Part shown: positions 10,136-19,342 of the stretch, in pieces
Layout: every line of letters starts with the position of its first letter
Numbering within the stretch: the first letter of the stretch is position 1
NCBI GenBank assembly: GCA_963836755.1
Contig: CAWIKF010000002.1
Coordinates: 288,001-352,000 of the forward strand
DNA length: 64,000 bases
DNA from: an uncultured Verrucomicrobiae bacterium
GTDB taxonomy: Bacteria > Verrucomicrobiota > Verrucomicrobiia > Chthoniobacterales > Chthoniobacteraceae
Direction of reading: 5' to 3'
Program-made: the position numbers and the translations under genes
Notes under the pieces: model-generated
The model's database searches: none
Seen by the model: only the letters and a program-made list of their open reading frames with translations
What the model was told of the DNA's origin: nothing

Positions 10136-10510
10136 TTACTTTTTCCAATCGAGCGCACCTTTCATGATCGCGTAGACGTAGCCGACCGTGAGGATCGCGA
10201 CGAAGGAAAGCATGCTCCAGAAAATGAGGCCGCCCTGGCTCACGATGAGGTCGCGGTAAACGACTGCCCATGGATACATGAAGACAATTTCGATATCGAA
10301 AAGAATGAAGAGCATTGCCACGAGGTAAAACTTCACGCTGAAGCGCGGCTGCGCTTCGCCTAGCGGCAGCATCCCGCATTCGTAAGCGGTGTTTTTGACC
10401 GCATTCCGGCGGCCGTGGCGGCCCAGGATCACGCTCGTGAGAAGCGCCGCAGCCGCGAACCCCGCCGCGACGATCACTTGAATGAGGATGGGCAGATAAT
10501 CTTTGAGCAT
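10136..10510 (-). CDS. nuoA: NADH-quinone oxidoreductase subunit A
   Basis: YECG, FSVKFYLVAMLFILFDIEIVFMYPWA, KGALDW. Confidence 0.95.
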   Translation of the reverse strand: MLKDYLPILIQVIVAAGFAAAALLTSVILGRHGRRNAVKNTAYECGMLPLGEAQPRFSVKFYLVAMLFILFDIEIVFMYPWAVVYRDLIVSQGGLIFWSMLSFVAILTVGYVYAIMKGALDWKK

Positions 10511-10558
10511 AAACACGCCGCGCGTTTGCGCACCGCGGCCCTCATTTAAACCTGTGTC

Positions 10559-10864
10559 TTAGTGAAGAGCGGCGACCGGCGGCTGATTGTTGATCGTGGC
10601 CAGCGCGGAAATGAGCCCTTTATATTTTTTCCCGTTTTTTCTCACCATGCCGCGAGCGACGAGGTTTTGCAGCTTCTCGTAAGCACGCAGGCGGAGCATT
10701 TCTTCGCCACCGCTCGCGGCGTTGCGCGCGCGCAGGTTCTCGTGAACTACTTCGAAAAGCTGTTTGAATTCAAAGGAGCTTTTTTGCGAAAGAACTGACA
10801 CCAACTCCTCGGTGACCAGATCCGGAACCCTGCGAGAAAAAGCGTTTTTCTTCTGAATAGGCAT
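10559..10864 (-). CDS. Small basic hypothetical protein, winged-helix-like
   Basis: 101-aa ORF ending LRAYEKLQNLVARGMVRKNGKKY (helix then wing pattern). Confidence 0.65.
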   Translation of the reverse strand: MPIQKKNAFSRRVPDLVTEELVSVLSQKSSFEFKQLFEVVHENLRARNAASGGEEMLRLRAYEKLQNLVARGMVRKNGKKYKGLISALATINNQPPVAALH

Positions 10865-10924
10865 AAGGCGCACAACCTATCACGATTTTTCTGCTTGACG
10901 AGCAAATTTTGTCTGCTGAGCCAA

Positions 10925-12802
10925 TTATGGCGTGACGAGCGGTTGCGCCGATGGCATCGCGGCGGGTGCGGGAGCAGCCGGCGGCGCTGGAGGCATGGGC
11001 GCTGCCGGCGGCGCGGCTGGTGCCGGAGACATCCCAGTTGCGGACATCGCCGGAGAAGGCGCGGTCTGCGGCATCAGCGCTCCGTTCGGATGAGCCATTT
11101 GCTTTTGCAAAAGCGGCACCGCAGCTGCCCCGGCGCCGATTCCGAGCCCGAACATCGCCTGCGTCATCGTCACAGGCCCGACCGATTCCGAAAGGACCCC
11201 ATTGTCGAGCGAGCGGGCGGAATAAACGATCTGCCCGAGATGCTTGCTGATCGTCTCGGTGGCCGGAAGTTTGCTCACATCCACATAGTCGCTGGAGCCT
11301 TTGATGAACGCCGCCCACATCATCGCGAAAGGACGCAACGGTCCGTAAATCCGCTCGAAAAGGGTGCGCGCATCAATGTAGGCGAATCCGAGCGTCGGCT
11401 TTTTCACCATGTCTGCAGCTTTGGTGAAAGCCGCTTGTTTATCGAGCCGGGCGTCGGTCGATCTCGAGCGCGCGACCGCGCTTTTGACGGCGTCAAAGTT
11501 GAGCCCGAGCAAAACAAATTTGTCCGTGATCGCGAGCGTCGGAGCGATTTGCACCATCGCGAATCCCCCGGCCGGGAACTGGTAAAATGGCGTCCCGTCC
11601 ACATCCTGCCGCGTCCAGCCCGTCTGGCTCACCGCATCCAAAAAGCTCTGCGCCTTTGCCTTGTCGTGCACATCCAGCGCGACGAGCGGCGCGGGAATTT
11701 GCGAAGCGGCGGGCCAGTCGGCGATCACGCTAATTTCCGGCCCAAACGCGGTCCAAAAATCATCCGCGGTCAGCCCCTTCGCATTGAAGCTGGTCATCAG
11801 CGGCTGGATGAATTGCGCGTAACCAAGGGCATTGAGCGCGGCCATGTTCGGCATCTGGAAATTCGCCGGCTTCACCAGCAGCGCCGCATAATAAAGGAGT
11901 GTGTTCGCGGAAGTGACCGCCATGCCGTCTTCGCCCATCGTGTCCCTTTTCGGAACGTCGGACTTCAGCACAAACATGGTGTCGCGCATGTTTTCGCCCT
12001 CCATTTTGGTCGTGCCCGCAAACGCGTGGATTTTTTTCAGTTCGTCGAACTGATGCGCGTCGGAGTTGCTCGGATTCGCGGCCGATATCAAGGTCACCAG
12101 CCGGTCGGCCAGCGTCTGCATCTGGACAAAAGTAAGCGCGTCAAAATCGATCGGCATCTGTGAAACTGCCGCACGAAAATCGACGTTGTCGCGCAATGCG
12201 CTCGGCGATTTTCCATCGAATCGGTCGAGCGTATTCTTCATCAAATCAAGATCGTCGGTGAGGAAGAACCAATCTTCTTTGAACGATGCCGCAAACGTCG
12301 TTTGACCATTGGTGAACGTCTCAATCTCGTTTGCTCCCGACTTGATGATGTCGGATTTCCCCGCTGGCGCGATCCGCTGCGCGGTCTTACGCAACTCTGC
12401 GAGCAGCGCGTCGACGTCGGTCTTTTTTCCATGATAGGAAAATCCCGCGATGACCTTTGGCACGTTCGCATCGGTGATGGCGGTCACGGCGATAAATGCT
12501 TCGCGCGGATCAATCCGCTTCACCTGCGCGACGCGGTCATCGATCTTCGAGCGCTGCGGGATTTTGCTTTCCGGCCGCTCGAGAAACGCGAGCACTTCCG
12601 GTTCGTGCGCGATCTGATAAAGCGCGGTTTTTGTCCAGCGATCGCGCGAGCGCGGGATGTCTGGCAGATGAATCAGCGCCACCGTTTCAGCGGGCAGCAG
12701 CTCCGCGATGCGCGAAGAATGCGAGGCGCGTTTTGTAATGAAGATGACCGCCAGCACGAGGATGGCGGCGGTCACTGCGAGGGCAACGAGTAATCTTTTC
12801 AT
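10925..12802 (-). CDS. Membrane-anchored exported protein, DUF3352-like
   Basis: N-terminal TM (MKRLLVALAV..), AELLPAETV, Pro/Ala-rich tail. Confidence 0.65.
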   Translation of the reverse strand: MKRLLVALAVTAAILVLAVIFITKRASHSSRIAELLPAETVALIHLPDIPRSRDRWTKTALYQIAHEPEVLAFLERPESKIPQRSKIDDRVAQVKRIDPREAFIAVTAITDANVPKVIAGFSYHGKKTDVDALLAELRKTAQRIAPAGKSDIIKSGANEIETFTNGQTTFAASFKEDWFFLTDDLDLMKNTLDRFDGKSPSALRDNVDFRAAVSQMPIDFDALTFVQMQTLADRLVTLISAANPSNSDAHQFDELKKIHAFAGTTKMEGENMRDTMFVLKSDVPKRDTMGEDGMAVTSANTLLYYAALLVKPANFQMPNMAALNALGYAQFIQPLMTSFNAKGLTADDFWTAFGPEISVIADWPAASQIPAPLVALDVHDKAKAQSFLDAVSQTGWTRQDVDGTPFYQFPAGGFAMVQIAPTLAITDKFVLLGLNFDAVKSAVARSRSTDARLDKQAAFTKAADMVKKPTLGFAYIDARTLFERIYGPLRPFAMMWAAFIKGSSDYVDVSKLPATETISKHLGQIVYSARSLDNGVLSESVGPVTMTQAMFGLGIGAGAAAVPLLQKQMAHPNGALMPQTAPSPAMSATGMSPAPAAPPAAPMPPAPPAAPAPAAMPSAQPLVTP

Positions 12803-12863
12803 AGGCTGCGCGAGGCGCGGCACCAAATGAAGGCGAGGACGCGCGCGCTGACCAACTTTTATT

Positions 12864-14423
12864 TCAGCGGCCCGCCCGCGCCAGCTCCGCCGCATGCCGG
12901 TATTGCGCGCGAAACGCGTCGCTCAGCTTTTCCTCGAGCCGCACCTGATCCAGCCGCGAGCCCGCGCGCAACGTGTCGCGGATCGTCGAATTTGCCTCCG
13001 CATAGCTCACGCTCGAGACGTCCTCGAAAGCTGCGGTCGCGGCCGGTGGAAAGCGGGCGTCGATCAGCGCCCGGCGCGCATCGAGCAGCTCCTCTCGCGG
13101 ATCAATGCACATCGCGCGGACGATCGTGCCGATGGCGCGGAACAAACTTCCTGTCCATTCCGGATGGTAAACAAACGTTTGTGCTTGTTGATAAGGTTGA
13201 ATTTCCGGATCGGAACGGAACTGCGCGAATTGCGGCCCGTAAATTTCCGGCAGGATCGGCAGCCGCCGCAGCGCATATTTTTCCGGTCCGCCGGGCGTGC
13301 CGACTTTGAAATCCCAAAGTCTTTGACCCTGGGGCGACAGCACAAACTCGATGAACTCCCGCGCCAGCGCTGCATCGGGCGCTCCGCGCAGCAGCCCGAT
13401 CGGATCGGCCCCGATCGAGGAACCGCCCGCCGGGCTCACATATTGCAGCCGCGACGAACCGTCGGCCTTGCGGACAAACTCGCTTTGAAAGCGTCCGTAA
13501 AAATCAATGCACATACCGATCGCCGCGTCGCCCGCTTCGACGTCGAACGGAATCGTCGCCGCCGAATCTGAAAAATATCGCGCGTTGCCGCCGATGTTTT
13601 GCAACAGCCGCATCGCACGCGTCCAGCCTTCGGCCGGGTTTGGCGCTTCACCCATTTGTTGCTGAATGATCATCTCGAAAGCTTTTCCCACCGAGCCGCT
13701 CTGCGTCGGATCAGCCAGCGCCACCTGACCGAAAAAACTTGGATCGCCGAGAGCGGCCCACGTTTGCGGATTGGCGGGAGGCCGGAGAACCAAATGTCGG
13801 CGCAAACGCTCCAGCGAATCGGTGTTGCAGCAAATTCCAAAAGACGCGAGACACGCGCCGACCCAGCGGCCATGCTGATCCCAGAGCGGTTCGCCGCCGA
13901 GGTTTTGCGGAATCACATGATCATTAAACAACTCCGGATGCGCCGCGATGACGCCGCAATCGACCAGCCGTCCCGCGCCGGCGAGCAGAGCCGCGTCGAA
14001 GCTGCCGCCGCCAAAAAAAACATCGACGCCGCAACTCACGTTTGATTCCAGAAAGGCGCGCCGCGCGGGATCATCCGGCGACGCCTTTGCGTTGTCGAAG
14101 TTTGCCTGCACCGCCGCGCTCCACGGATGATGAAGCGCGTTCGTCCAATAGTATTGAAATGCGCCGAGATACTCCGACGCGAGGTAGCGGCTGATCTCGC
14201 TCGTGCCGCCCGGCGTGCGCCAGCTGATGCGAACGCGCCGCTGGTGTTTTGCAAAATAAAAATCGCTGAACGCCCGCGCGAATTCGTGGCGGATCGCCTC
14301 GTTGTGCGGCGTGATGACGATCAGCGTCTGGTCAGCCGGCGCGGCGAGATCGACTTTCTTCCGCAACAGCAGCGGGCCGAAAAGCACCGCTGCAAAGGCC
14401 GCGACCATCGCGAAGATTTTCAT
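12864..14423 (-). CDS. ABC transporter substrate-binding protein (Fe3+/polyamine-type)
   Basis: TPH, DVFFGGG, LADPTQSGS, AREFIEFVLSPQGQ; overlaps ATPase stop. Confidence 0.85.
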   Translation of the reverse strand: MKIFAMVAAFAAVLFGPLLLRKKVDLAAPADQTLIVITPHNEAIRHEFARAFSDFYFAKHQRRVRISWRTPGGTSEISRYLASEYLGAFQYYWTNALHHPWSAAVQANFDNAKASPDDPARRAFLESNVSCGVDVFFGGGSFDAALLAGAGRLVDCGVIAAHPELFNDHVIPQNLGGEPLWDQHGRWVGACLASFGICCNTDSLERLRRHLVLRPPANPQTWAALGDPSFFGQVALADPTQSGSVGKAFEMIIQQQMGEAPNPAEGWTRAMRLLQNIGGNARYFSDSAATIPFDVEAGDAAIGMCIDFYGRFQSEFVRKADGSSRLQYVSPAGGSSIGADPIGLLRGAPDAALAREFIEFVLSPQGQRLWDFKVGTPGGPEKYALRRLPILPEIYGPQFAQFRSDPEIQPYQQAQTFVYHPEWTGSLFRAIGTIVRAMCIDPREELLDARRALIDARFPPAATAAFEDVSSVSYAEANSTIRDTLRAGSRLDQVRLEEKLSDAFRAQYRHAAELARAGR

Positions 14424-15466
14424 TCCGCCGGCAGCACCGAAACGTCCGCCGGATCGACCGACATGAGCTGCTCGACACCGCGCGGCGCGCGCGGGTTCAT
14501 CTCATAAACGGTCAGCGTTTCGCCATGCGCGAGCAACCGGTGGCGCGCCATCTCACCGAGATACATTGTTTCAACCATGTTTCCGTGGATTTTGTTCGGA
14601 CCGCCGGCAAAGTTCCATGCCTCGGGCCGCACCGAAACGAGCACTGATGCGCCGCGGCTCAAGTCGCCGGACGAATGACCTTCCATCGTGCCGAGGGCCG
14701 TGGACACAACGGCGCGGCCGTTTTCGACTGCTTCGAGAGTGCCAGGGAAAAAGTTCGTTTCGCCTAAAAAATCGGCGACGAACTTTGTCTGCGGCCGGCG
14801 ATAAACCTCGCGCGGATTTCCGATCTGCAGGATGCGCCCCGAGTGCAAAATCGCAATCCGGTCCGCGATCGAAAGCGCTTCTTTTTGATCGTGCGAAACG
14901 TAAATCGCCGTGAGCTGAAATTCTTTGCAGATGCGCCGGATTTCGCCGCGCATTTCCTGGCGCAGTTTCGCGTCGAGATTCGAAAGCGGCTCGTCGAGCA
15001 GCAGGCAGCGCGGGCGGACGACGAGCGCACGGGCGAGCGCGACCCGCTGCTGCTGTCCGCCCGAAAGCTCATGGATACTGCGCTCGGCGAACTTTTCCAT
15101 GTGCACGCTGGCGAGCGCCTCGCGGACGCGCTTGTCGATTTCCGTGCGCGGCAGCCGGCGTTCCTCGAGCCCGAAGGCGACGTTTTTGCCAACGTTCAGA
15201 TGAGGCCAGAGCGCGTAATTTTGAAACATCATCGCTGTGTTCCGCCGATGCGGCGGGACGTGCGTGACGTTTTCGTCGTTGAAGAAAATGTCGCCGGAGT
15301 CCGGTTTGTAAAAGCCCGCGATCGCTCGCAGCAGAGTCGTCTTTCCGCAGCCGCTCGGGCCGAGGAGAAAGAAGATTTCGCCCGCGGCAATCTCAACGCT
15401 GACGCGGTCGAGCGCGACCGTCTTGCCGAAATGCTTGCTGAGATTTTTTACAGCGATGGAAATCAT
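14420..15466 (-). CDS. ABC transporter ATP-binding protein (PotA/FbpC-like)
   Basis: GPSGCGKT, LSGGQQQRVALARA, LLDEPLSNLD, TOBE-like C-terminus. Confidence 0.95.
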   Translation of the reverse strand: MISIAVKNLSKHFGKTVALDRVSVEIAAGEIFFLLGPSGCGKTTLLRAIAGFYKPDSGDIFFNDENVTHVPPHRRNTAMMFQNYALWPHLNVGKNVAFGLEERRLPRTEIDKRVREALASVHMEKFAERSIHELSGGQQQRVALARALVVRPRCLLLDEPLSNLDAKLRQEMRGEIRRICKEFQLTAIYVSHDQKEALSIADRIAILHSGRILQIGNPREVYRRPQTKFVADFLGETNFFPGTLEAVENGRAVVSTALGTMEGHSSGDLSRGASVLVSVRPEAWNFAGGPNKIHGNMVETMYLGEMARHRLLAHGETLTVYEMNPRAPRGVEQLMSVDPADVSVLPAE

Positions 15467-15520
15467 GCCGCGCGCTATTTGCTGGCCGGAGCAGGCGGGC
15501 GTAAAGTAAAAACGCCAGAG

Positions 15521-16696
15521 ATGATTCGTCGGGATTACCTGATCATCGGCGGCGGCCCAGCCGGGGTCAGCGCCTGTGAGGGAATCCGTGAGTATGACAA
15601 AAAGGGGAGCGTGATGATCGCGGGACGCGAAGCTTTTCCCGCTTATCATCGGCCCGCGCTCTCAAAAACTGTTTTAAAAACGGCGAGCGCGTCTGTTGAC
15701 GATTTGTTTTACAAGCCGCCCGGATGGTTTTCGCAAAATAAAATCGAGCTGCGCGCCGGAACTGTGGTGCGCGCGCTGAATCTCGACCGCCGCATCGCCG
15801 TGCTCGAGGATGGGCAAGCAGTGCAGTTTAAAAAAGCGCTGCTCGCCACCGGCAGCCGACCGCGCAGACCGCAAGTCGCCGGCACCGCGCTGGGCAACGT
15901 ATTTTTCCTCCACACCCTGCGCGACGCGCTCGCAATCAAGGAAACTGGAGCGCTTGAAAAAGCCATAACGATCATTGGTGGCGGTTGGCTTGCGATCGAA
16001 GCGGCGGCGGCGCTGGCGCAGGCGAAAATGAAAGTGACGCTGATGAACCGCCAGCATTCGCTCTGGCAAAAACGGCTCGACGCGGAGACGTCGCAATGGC
16101 TCACCGATTATTTCCGCCAGCGCGGCGTGAATTTGCTGTTGGGGCAGGATTTGAACGGGCTCGAAGGCGAAACCTTCCTGAAAAATGTGCAGACAAAAAG
16201 CGGCGATCGCTTTCCCGCGCAGATGGCGCTGATCGCAGTCGGCTCGGAGCCGAACCTCGAGCTCGTGACCAACACTCCGCTGAGCGCGCCGGGCGGCACG
16301 CCGGTGAATGAATTTCTAGAGACGGAGGAAAAAGGGATCTTCGCGGCGGGCGACGTTGCGTTTTATCCCGACCACATTTTCGGCGTGATGCGCCGGCTCA
16401 CGCATTGGGAAAATGCGTGCGAGCAAGGCAGCGTCGCCGGCCGGAACATGACGGGGAAAAAGCGGATCAAGTTTGACGCCGTGCCAACTTTTTTCAGCGA
16501 AGCGTTTGATCTTCGGTTCGAATTCTTCGGCGATTTCACGATGCCACCGTCGCGTGCCGAGATCGAGGGCTCGCATAAAAAGCGGAAGTTTGTCGCGCGT
16601 TATTTTCGCAATGGAAGATTAGTCGCGCGAGTTCATTGCAACGAGGCGGCCGATCTCGCCGATGCCGCGCGCGCGGAAATTCGCGCCGCGCAGTAA
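15521..16696 (+). CDS. FAD-dependent NAD(P)H oxidoreductase, ferredoxin-reductase family
   Basis: IIGGGPAG, YHRPALSK, LATGS, IIGGG, FAAGDVA, HWENA. Confidence 0.9.
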   Translation: MIRRDYLIIGGGPAGVSACEGIREYDKKGSVMIAGREAFPAYHRPALSKTVLKTASASVDDLFYKPPGWFSQNKIELRAGTVVRALNLDRRIAVLEDGQAVQFKKALLATGSRPRRPQVAGTALGNVFFLHTLRDALAIKETGALEKAITIIGGGWLAIEAAAALAQAKMKVTLMNRQHSLWQKRLDAETSQWLTDYFRQRGVNLLLGQDLNGLEGETFLKNVQTKSGDRFPAQMALIAVGSEPNLELVTNTPLSAPGGTPVNEFLETEEKGIFAAGDVAFYPDHIFGVMRRLTHWENACEQGSVAGRNMTGKKRIKFDAVPTFFSEAFDLRFEFFGDFTMPPSRAEIEGSHKKRKFVARYFRNGRLVARVHCNEAADLADAARAEIRAAQ

Positions 16697-16717
16697 ACAA
16701 ATTTTGCGTGCGCGGAC

Positions 16718-16867
16718 TTAGCGCAGCAACACGATCGCGAACTCCGCCAGACCGATCGTGAGCAAAACGAATCCGCCGAGAATGCACGCCCTTCGCTGCC
16801 ACCGGTTCCTGCCGGTGCGCCTTCGTCGCCTGTTCATCCGATGATTTTGAGGATCGAGCGGTGGCAT
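16718..16867 (-). CDS. Putative 49-aa membrane peptide (not in ORF track)
   Basis: Manual translation MPPLDPQNHRMNRRRRRTGRNRWQRRACILGGFVLLTIGLAEFAIVLLR*: basic stretch plus one TM helix. Confidence 0.45.
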   Translation of the reverse strand: MPPLDPQNHRMNRRRRRTGRNRWQRRACILGGFVLLTIGLAEFAIVLLR

Positions 16868-16950
16868 GGCAATCCTAAAAATTCTGACAGTTACAGTATC
16901 TCGCCCAGCTCCTTTGCGCCTTCCGGCTTACCGGAAGCGCAGCCGTGGCG

Positions 16951-17166
16951 TTAATGTTTCGACGGGGAGGATTTTTTGCTGCCGCAATTTCCCTTTGAAG
17001 AGCAGGTCGACTTCGACGAACAATTCGCTTTCGATCCGCATTGCGCTTTCTGGTCATGCGAGCAGGTCGAGCAGGTCTTTCCTTTATTCGGCTGTGAGCT
17101 GGCGCAGCCTGCAAGCAGACCAGTGAGGGCGGCAGCGGCGAAGATGGCGGTCGAATTTGTTTTCAT
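16951..17166 (-). CDS. Small Cys-rich lipoprotein (71 aa)
   Basis: Lipobox LLAGC, CxxC, then four C(G/S)SK repeats. Confidence 0.7.
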   Translation of the reverse strand: MKTNSTAIFAAAALTGLLAGCASSQPNKGKTCSTCSHDQKAQCGSKANCSSKSTCSSKGNCGSKKSSPSKH

Positions 17167-17248
17167 CCGTCCCATAAACCATTCTCGCGGATCAAAGACA
17201 ATCGGATTCGCGGAACGGACTTTTTCTACGCCGGCGCGAAGCAAAGTT

Positions 17249-18136
17249 TCACGAAAGAAAAAACTCTTCGCCCTCGCGCGCCGCATCGATGATCAGCTTG
17301 CTCCCATGCGCAGCCGCGAGCTCGCGCGCGTGATCGCGCATTTCGCGCACGCGCTCATCGTCGTGAGTCGGATCGTGATGGAATAAAAACAACCGTTTTA
17401 CGTCCGCCGAGATCGCGAGTTTCACGACATCGTCGAGGCAGCCGTGGCCCCAGCCGACGTGCGCGCAGTATTCATCGCGATCGTATTGCGCATCGTTGAT
17501 GAGCACGTCGGCGTCGCGGATGAAATCGATCAGCCGGCGATTGTTCGTGTCGCTGCCGTGCGCCGGCGTTCCGACCTGTTCGTGGCTGAACGGCTCGTTG
17601 TCGGGGAGATAAGCGATCGAGCCGCCGCTCGTGAAAAGCCGGTAGCCGACAGCGATGCCGGGATGGTTCATCGTCAAGGTCTGGCAGCGCACTGGGCCGA
17701 CGAAGAAGTCGCACGTCTTCAGCTCCTCGATGACGATGTTGCCCGGCAATTCCTGGAGCGCGATCGGGAAATACGGACTCTCCATTTGGCCCGTCAACGT
17801 AGTGCTGAGGCTGATCTTCGCGCCTTCGTAGCCGAGGATGTGCACTTTGTTTTTTGCGTCGTAGGCCGGTCGGAAAAAAGGAAAACCCTGGATGTGATCC
17901 CAATGCGTGTGCGAGATGAGCAGCGTCACCTCGATCGGATTGCCGTCAAACTCCTCGGCGAGCGCGATCCCGAGCGGCCGGATGCCCGTGCCCGCGTCGA
18001 GCACGATCAATTCACCATCAGCGCGCACTTCGACGCACGAAGTATTGCCGCCGTAAAAAACCGTTGACGGCCCCGGCGTGGGCACCGATCCGCGGACTCC
18101 CCAGAATTTGAAACTACAGCGCGAAGCGGAATCCAT
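17249..18136 (-). CDS. MBL-fold metallo-hydrolase (RNase Z/PhnP-like group)
   Basis: WGVRGS, GGNTSCVE, LDAGTG, SHTHWDHIQG, GWGH, FHHDP. Confidence 0.92.
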   Translation of the reverse strand: MDSASRCSFKFWGVRGSVPTPGPSTVFYGGNTSCVEVRADGELIVLDAGTGIRPLGIALAEEFDGNPIEVTLLISHTHWDHIQGFPFFRPAYDAKNKVHILGYEGAKISLSTTLTGQMESPYFPIALQELPGNIVIEELKTCDFFVGPVRCQTLTMNHPGIAVGYRLFTSGGSIAYLPDNEPFSHEQVGTPAHGSDTNNRRLIDFIRDADVLINDAQYDRDEYCAHVGWGHGCLDDVVKLAISADVKRLFLFHHDPTHDDERVREMRDHARELAAAHGSKLIIDAAREGEEFFLS

Positions 18137-18199
18137 GAAGTTCGGGTTTTTACCCGAGGGCGCAGACGGATGGCAAGCGCACGGCGTGGCGGAAGAAAT

Positions 18200-18239
18200 G
18201 AGAAAACCCGTTTCGCCAGACGACGAAACGGGTTTTCTC
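18200..18239 (-). terminator. Intrinsic terminator downstream of HU gene
   Basis: 16-bp perfect arms GAGAAAACCCGTTTCG/CGAAACGGGTTTTCTC. Confidence 0.75.
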
Positions 18240-18261
18240 GGGGGCGGGGGGGAAAGTGGCT

Positions 18262-18534
18262 TTAGAGCTTGCTCTTGAGTTCTTTGCCGACGCTGAACTT
18301 CACCGTCTTTGATTTTTTGATTTTGATTTTCTCCCCGGTCTTGGGGTTGATCCCCATGCGCGCTGCGCGCTCGGCCACGCGAAAGGTGCCGAAGCCGACG
18401 AGCTGCACCGACTTGTCTTTGCGGATGCCGGATCGGATGCCATCGATGACCGCACCGACGGCGCGTTCCGCTTCCGCGCGGCTGGTGCTGCCGAGCGATT
18501 TTGCCACAGCGTCCACTAATTCTGATTTGTTCAT
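18262..18534 (-). CDS. hup: HU family DNA-binding protein
   Basis: MNKSELV, VQLVGFGTF, RAARMGINPKTGEKI. Confidence 0.95.
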   Translation of the reverse strand: MNKSELVDAVAKSLGSTSRAEAERAVGAVIDGIRSGIRKDKSVQLVGFGTFRVAERAARMGINPKTGEKIKIKKSKTVKFSVGKELKSKL

Positions 18535-18675
18535 TTAGGTCGTTTTTCTAATGTTGAGTTGCGCTGGATTCTTCCAGCAAAAGTGCCGCTGTTCTGTCAC
18601 TCGCACCAACGTCTGTCAACACCTTTTAAAAAAAGTTCAAGTGCGTCCAAAGCTTGTGGCCATCAAGCTTCGCGG

Positions 18676-18704
18676 TTGATCATCCGCCGCGCGGGGCGCA
18701 CAAT
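18676..18704 (+). promoter_or_regulatory. Sigma70-like promoter, probably leaderless
   Basis: TTGATC-17 bp-CACAAT, 5 nt before ATG 18710. Confidence 0.45.
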
Positions 18705-18709
18705 GGCGC

Positions 18710-19243
18710 ATGACTTTTGAGGACCGGATCGAGCGGTTTTACAAATGCAAACCTTCGCTGCATCCGAGCGCATTCATCGCGTCCAACGCGACCGTGCTTG
18801 GCGATGTGACGCTCGAGGAAAACGCGAGCGTCTGGTTCCACGCCACCCTGCGCGGTGACATCAATTCCATCAGCATCGGCACCGGCTCGAACATCCAAGA
18901 CGGCTCGGTGATTCATCTCGCCGATGATTTTCCCACGCGCGTCGGGGAGTTTGTCACCGTGGGCCACCGCGCGATTCTGCACGCATGCACAGTCGGCGAC
19001 GAAGTTCTCATCGGCATGGGCGCGGTCGTGCTCGATGGCGTCGAAATTGGCGCGCGCTCCATCATTGGCGCGAGCGCGCTCGTAACCCAGCACACGAGGA
19101 TTCCGCCCGGCTCGCTCGTCCTCGGCTCGCCGGCAAAAATCGTCCGCGCCCTTTCGCTCGACGAGCAGCGCTCGCTCAAGAGCTGGGCGGATAAATACGT
19201 GGAGCTCTCGCGCATTTACCTCGCAAAATCTGACGGCGCCTGA
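18710..19243 (+). CDS. Gamma-carbonic anhydrase family protein (YrdA-like)
   Basis: LRGDIN, NIQDGSVIH, VGHRAILHAC, hexapeptide repeats. Confidence 0.92.
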   Translation: MTFEDRIERFYKCKPSLHPSAFIASNATVLGDVTLEENASVWFHATLRGDINSISIGTGSNIQDGSVIHLADDFPTRVGEFVTVGHRAILHACTVGDEVLIGMGAVVLDGVEIGARSIIGASALVTQHTRIPPGSLVLGSPAKIVRALSLDEQRSLKSWADKYVELSRIYLAKSDGA

Positions 19244-19342
19244 AGCCGCTGGAGTAAAAGTTGGCAGGAAAAATTCCGCGCGCCGCCGGAGCTCCTTTCC
19301 AACGTTAGCCACTTGCCCCGGAGAAGGACGGCTGATTACGCT

